Assembly (NCBI GenBank): GCA_038064875.1 | Contig: JBBTSC010000001.1 | Span: forward strand, 187,004-251,003 | Source of the DNA: Patescibacteria group bacterium | Lineage (GTDB): Bacteria > Patescibacteriota > Saccharimonadia > Saccharimonadales > 2-12-FULL-41-12 | DNA length: 64,000 bases | Direction: 5' to 3' | Shown here: in pieces, positions 62,440 through 64,000 of the stretch | How positions within the stretch are numbered: position 1 is the stretch's first letter | Layout: the number at the start of each line of letters is the position of its first letter | Notes under the pieces: generated by a model | What the model saw: only the letters and a program-made list of their open reading frames with translations | Told to the model about the DNA's origin: nothing | Database searches by the model: none | Translations under genes and position numbers: made by a program

Positions 62440-62667
62440 TTAGTTAGCTCCAGTTCCTATGCCTGTTAATATTTGTGTTTCGTCTTGTTCAAGTACAACT
62501 TGCTGATCTGCAAATGGCGCTTCGGAGTCAGGAGATGGAAAGCCAAGCCACTTTGCAGAAAGCCTGCCTAGTCTCTGAAATGGTCCATTTGCCTGTTGGT
62601 CATCAAGAACGGTGGTTTCATTGGAACCAGTAAAAAGTAGTACGTCTGTGATTTCTTTAATAGCCAT
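62440..62667 (-). CDS. hypothetical 75-aa protein inserted between rpsG and fusA
   Basis: ATG 62667 lies 7 nt after the rpsG TAG. Its TAA (62442-62440) abuts the fusA ATG (TAAATG). The frame fills the spacer. No known motif. Confidence 0.5.
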   Translation of the reverse strand: MAIKEITDVLLFTGSNETTVLDDQQANGPFQRLGRLSAKWLGFPSPDSEAPFADQQVVLEQDETQILTGIGTGAN

Positions 62668-62674
62668 AATATCT

Positions 62675-63154
62675 CTAAGTCCTTGCAAAGTGAGCAAAGG
62701 CACGGTTAGCCTCAGCCATTTTATGAGTGTCTTCTTTTTTCTTTACAGCTGTTCCAGTGTTGTTATAAGCATCGACGAGCTCAAGAGCGATTCGATCTTC
62801 CATACTCATCCCAGATCGAGACCTGGCAGCCGCTACAAACCACATGAGAGTCAAGTGCGTTTGTCTCTGACCTTTTACTTCAAACGGGATTTGATAGTTA
62901 GCGCCCCCAACACGTCGTGAACGAGTCTCAACACTTGGACGAACATTACCCATAGCCTGCTCAAAAACTTCTAAAGGATTGTCGACTTTTAACTTTTTAG
63001 CTGCTTTTTCCATACCACCGTAGACTAATTTTTCAGCAATTTGCTTTTTACCGTCTAGCATTACACGGTTAATAAACCGTTGTACAAGTACACTGTTATA
63101 TTGACGGTCAGCCGGAATATCACGAACTAAACTTTTTGTAACTTTTCTTGGCAT
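62675..63154 (-). CDS. rpsG: 30S ribosomal protein S7
   Basis: [37 protein letters not shown]. Confidence 0.97.
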   Translation of the reverse strand: MPRKVTKSLVRDIPADRQYNSVLVQRFINRVMLDGKKQIAEKLVYGGMEKAAKKLKVDNPLEVFEQAMGNVRPSVETRSRRVGGANYQIPFEVKGQRQTHLTLMWFVAAARSRSGMSMEDRIALELVDAYNNTGTAVKKKEDTHKMAEANRAFAHFART

Positions 63155-63567
63155 TATTTACTATCCTTTTTTGATCCGTATTTAGAACGACCTTGTTTTC
63201 GGCCTGATACGCCCTGAAGGTCAAGTGCTCCACGCACAATGTGATAGCGCACACCTGGAAGATCTTTTACCCGACCACCACGCACTAACACAACGGCGTG
63301 TTCCTGCAAGTTGTGACCTTCACCACCAATATAAGCCCATACTTCATAACCATTTGTAAGTCGCACACGGGCAACTTTACGAAGCGCAGAGTTAGGCTTC
63401 TTTGGAGTTTTGGTTGTTACTTTTATACAAACGCCACGCTTGAACGGTGAAGGTTTCTCATAGTTCCTAGTTTTTAGATTGTTAACCACGCGTTGCATAG
63501 CTGGTGACTTGCTTTTACTTGTCACTTTAGCGCGGGGTTTTCTAACTAACTGATTAATTGTTGGCAT
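63154..63567 (-). CDS. rpsL: 30S ribosomal protein S12
   Basis: [12 protein letters not shown]...[15 protein letters not shown]. Confidence 0.98.
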   Translation of the reverse strand: MPTINQLVRKPRAKVTSKSKSPAMQRVVNNLKTRNYEKPSPFKRGVCIKVTTKTPKKPNSALRKVARVRLTNGYEVWAYIGGEGHNLQEHAVVLVRGGRVKDLPGVRYHIVRGALDLQGVSGRKQGRSKYGSKKDSK

Positions 63568-63655
63568 TTATACTTCTTTCTACAGTTGAGCAAATATGAT
63601 CTCTGCCCAACAACTTTGAACTCATTTTAACAGATTGCATCGTTAAATTCAACAT

Positions 63656-64000
63656 CTATAGCTCTTCTCCGGTTTCAGTCTCTTCTTCGTCAGTTCTGGC
63701 ACCAGTTCCTACAGGAATCTTACGGCCGAGGATAACGTTTTCTTTAAGACCAAAGAGCTTGTCGATCTTACCACTTGTTGCTGCACCGATAAGCACACGA
63801 GTTGTGTCCTGGAATGAAGCAGCAGAGAGGAATGAATCAGTTGAAAGACTTGCTTTAGTGATACCAAGTAATAGTTGGTTGAATACAGCAGGCTCTTTTT
63901 TAGCTTTTACTAAGTCGTAGTTAGCTGAAGTTACGGCAAGTTTGCTCACAATATCCCCAGTTACGAAATCACTATCGCCAGCGTCATCGATCTGCACTCT
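63656..64000 (-). CDS. rpoC: DNA-directed RNA polymerase subunit beta', C-terminal end (gene continues beyond the window)
   Basis: The frame is open to nt 64000. [45 protein letters not shown] is the conserved RpoC C-terminus. Lies upstream of rpsL. Confidence 0.93.
   Translation of the reverse strand, partial: RVQIDDAGDSDFVTGDIVSKLAVTSANYDLVKAKKEPAVFNQLLLGITKASLSTDSFLSAASFQDTTRVLIGAATSGKIDKLFGLKENVILGRKIPVGTGARTDEEETETGEEL

Noticed and set aside
1-64000. CRISPR arrays, rRNA genes, transposases, alternative genetic code (UGA recoding) and SRP RNA upstream of dnaX.
   Set aside because: I saw no regularly spaced direct repeats. I found no rRNA-like or SRP-RNA-like conserved strings; the dnaX upstream spacer is only 69 nt. 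All conserved genes are intact with the standard stop codons, including TGA used as a stop at 53779-53781.

Overview
This 64-kb window comes from a small, gene-dense bacterial chromosome with GC in the low 40s percent (judged by eye). It reads cleanly with the standard genetic code. All coordinates for promoters, hairpins, tRNAs and repeats were derived by hand from the sequence.

About 55 kb is core housekeeping, almost all on the minus strand:
- rpoC (3' end), rpsL, rpsG, fusA and tuf.
- The S10/spc/alpha ribosomal-protein cluster (rpsJ through rplQ, then rplM and rpsI).
- A trpS, rluD-like, holB-like block.
- tRNA-Thr(GGU), tRNA-Tyr, tRNA-Thr(UGU), rpmG and tRNA-Trp.
- secE, nusG, rplK and rplA.
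- A dcd gene and a tmk-thyX fusion, then rplJ-rplL.
- dnaX, ybaB, recR, a DHH phosphoesterase, cysS and dnaB.

A plus-strand block (6.8-12.8 kb) carries cell-envelope genes: GT2/GT4 glycosyltransferases, a VanY-type peptidase and an AI-2E transporter.

Several traits are consistent with, but do not prove, a CPR/Patescibacteria (Saccharimonadia-like) organism. rpmD (L30), adk and map are missing from their usual spc-operon positions, ThyX is used, and many r-proteins carry Lys/Ala/Pro-rich tails.

Nt 1-4000 is an accessory, defence-type islet near tRNA-Gln. It holds a C5-methyltransferase with a convergent small putative restriction enzyme. It also holds an HNH nuclease plus a 91-aa partner, expressed from a consensus promoter through a long leader that contains an antisense-oriented terminator. 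The third cassette is an ImmA/IrrE-like protein that has lost HExxH, coupled to a PIN-like (DUF4411-like) protein.

The most unusual observations:
1. Six unassignable ORFs are wedged, often translationally coupled, into normally invariant junctions: rplK|rplA, rplB|rpsS, rpsJ|rplC (two paralogs built from a thrice-repeated domain), fusA|tuf and rpsG|fusA.
2. A leaderless 23-codon ORF with two Trp codons, plus competing antiterminator/terminator hairpins, lies upstream of the trpS operon.
3. A ~165-bp palindromic element with 19-bp termini occurs twice in opposite orientations, directly after the dnaB and rplA stop codons.
4. Several consensus promoters are followed almost immediately by terminator-like hairpins (rplJ, secE-nusG, rplC leaders).

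No rRNA, CRISPR array, transposase or integrase was seen.
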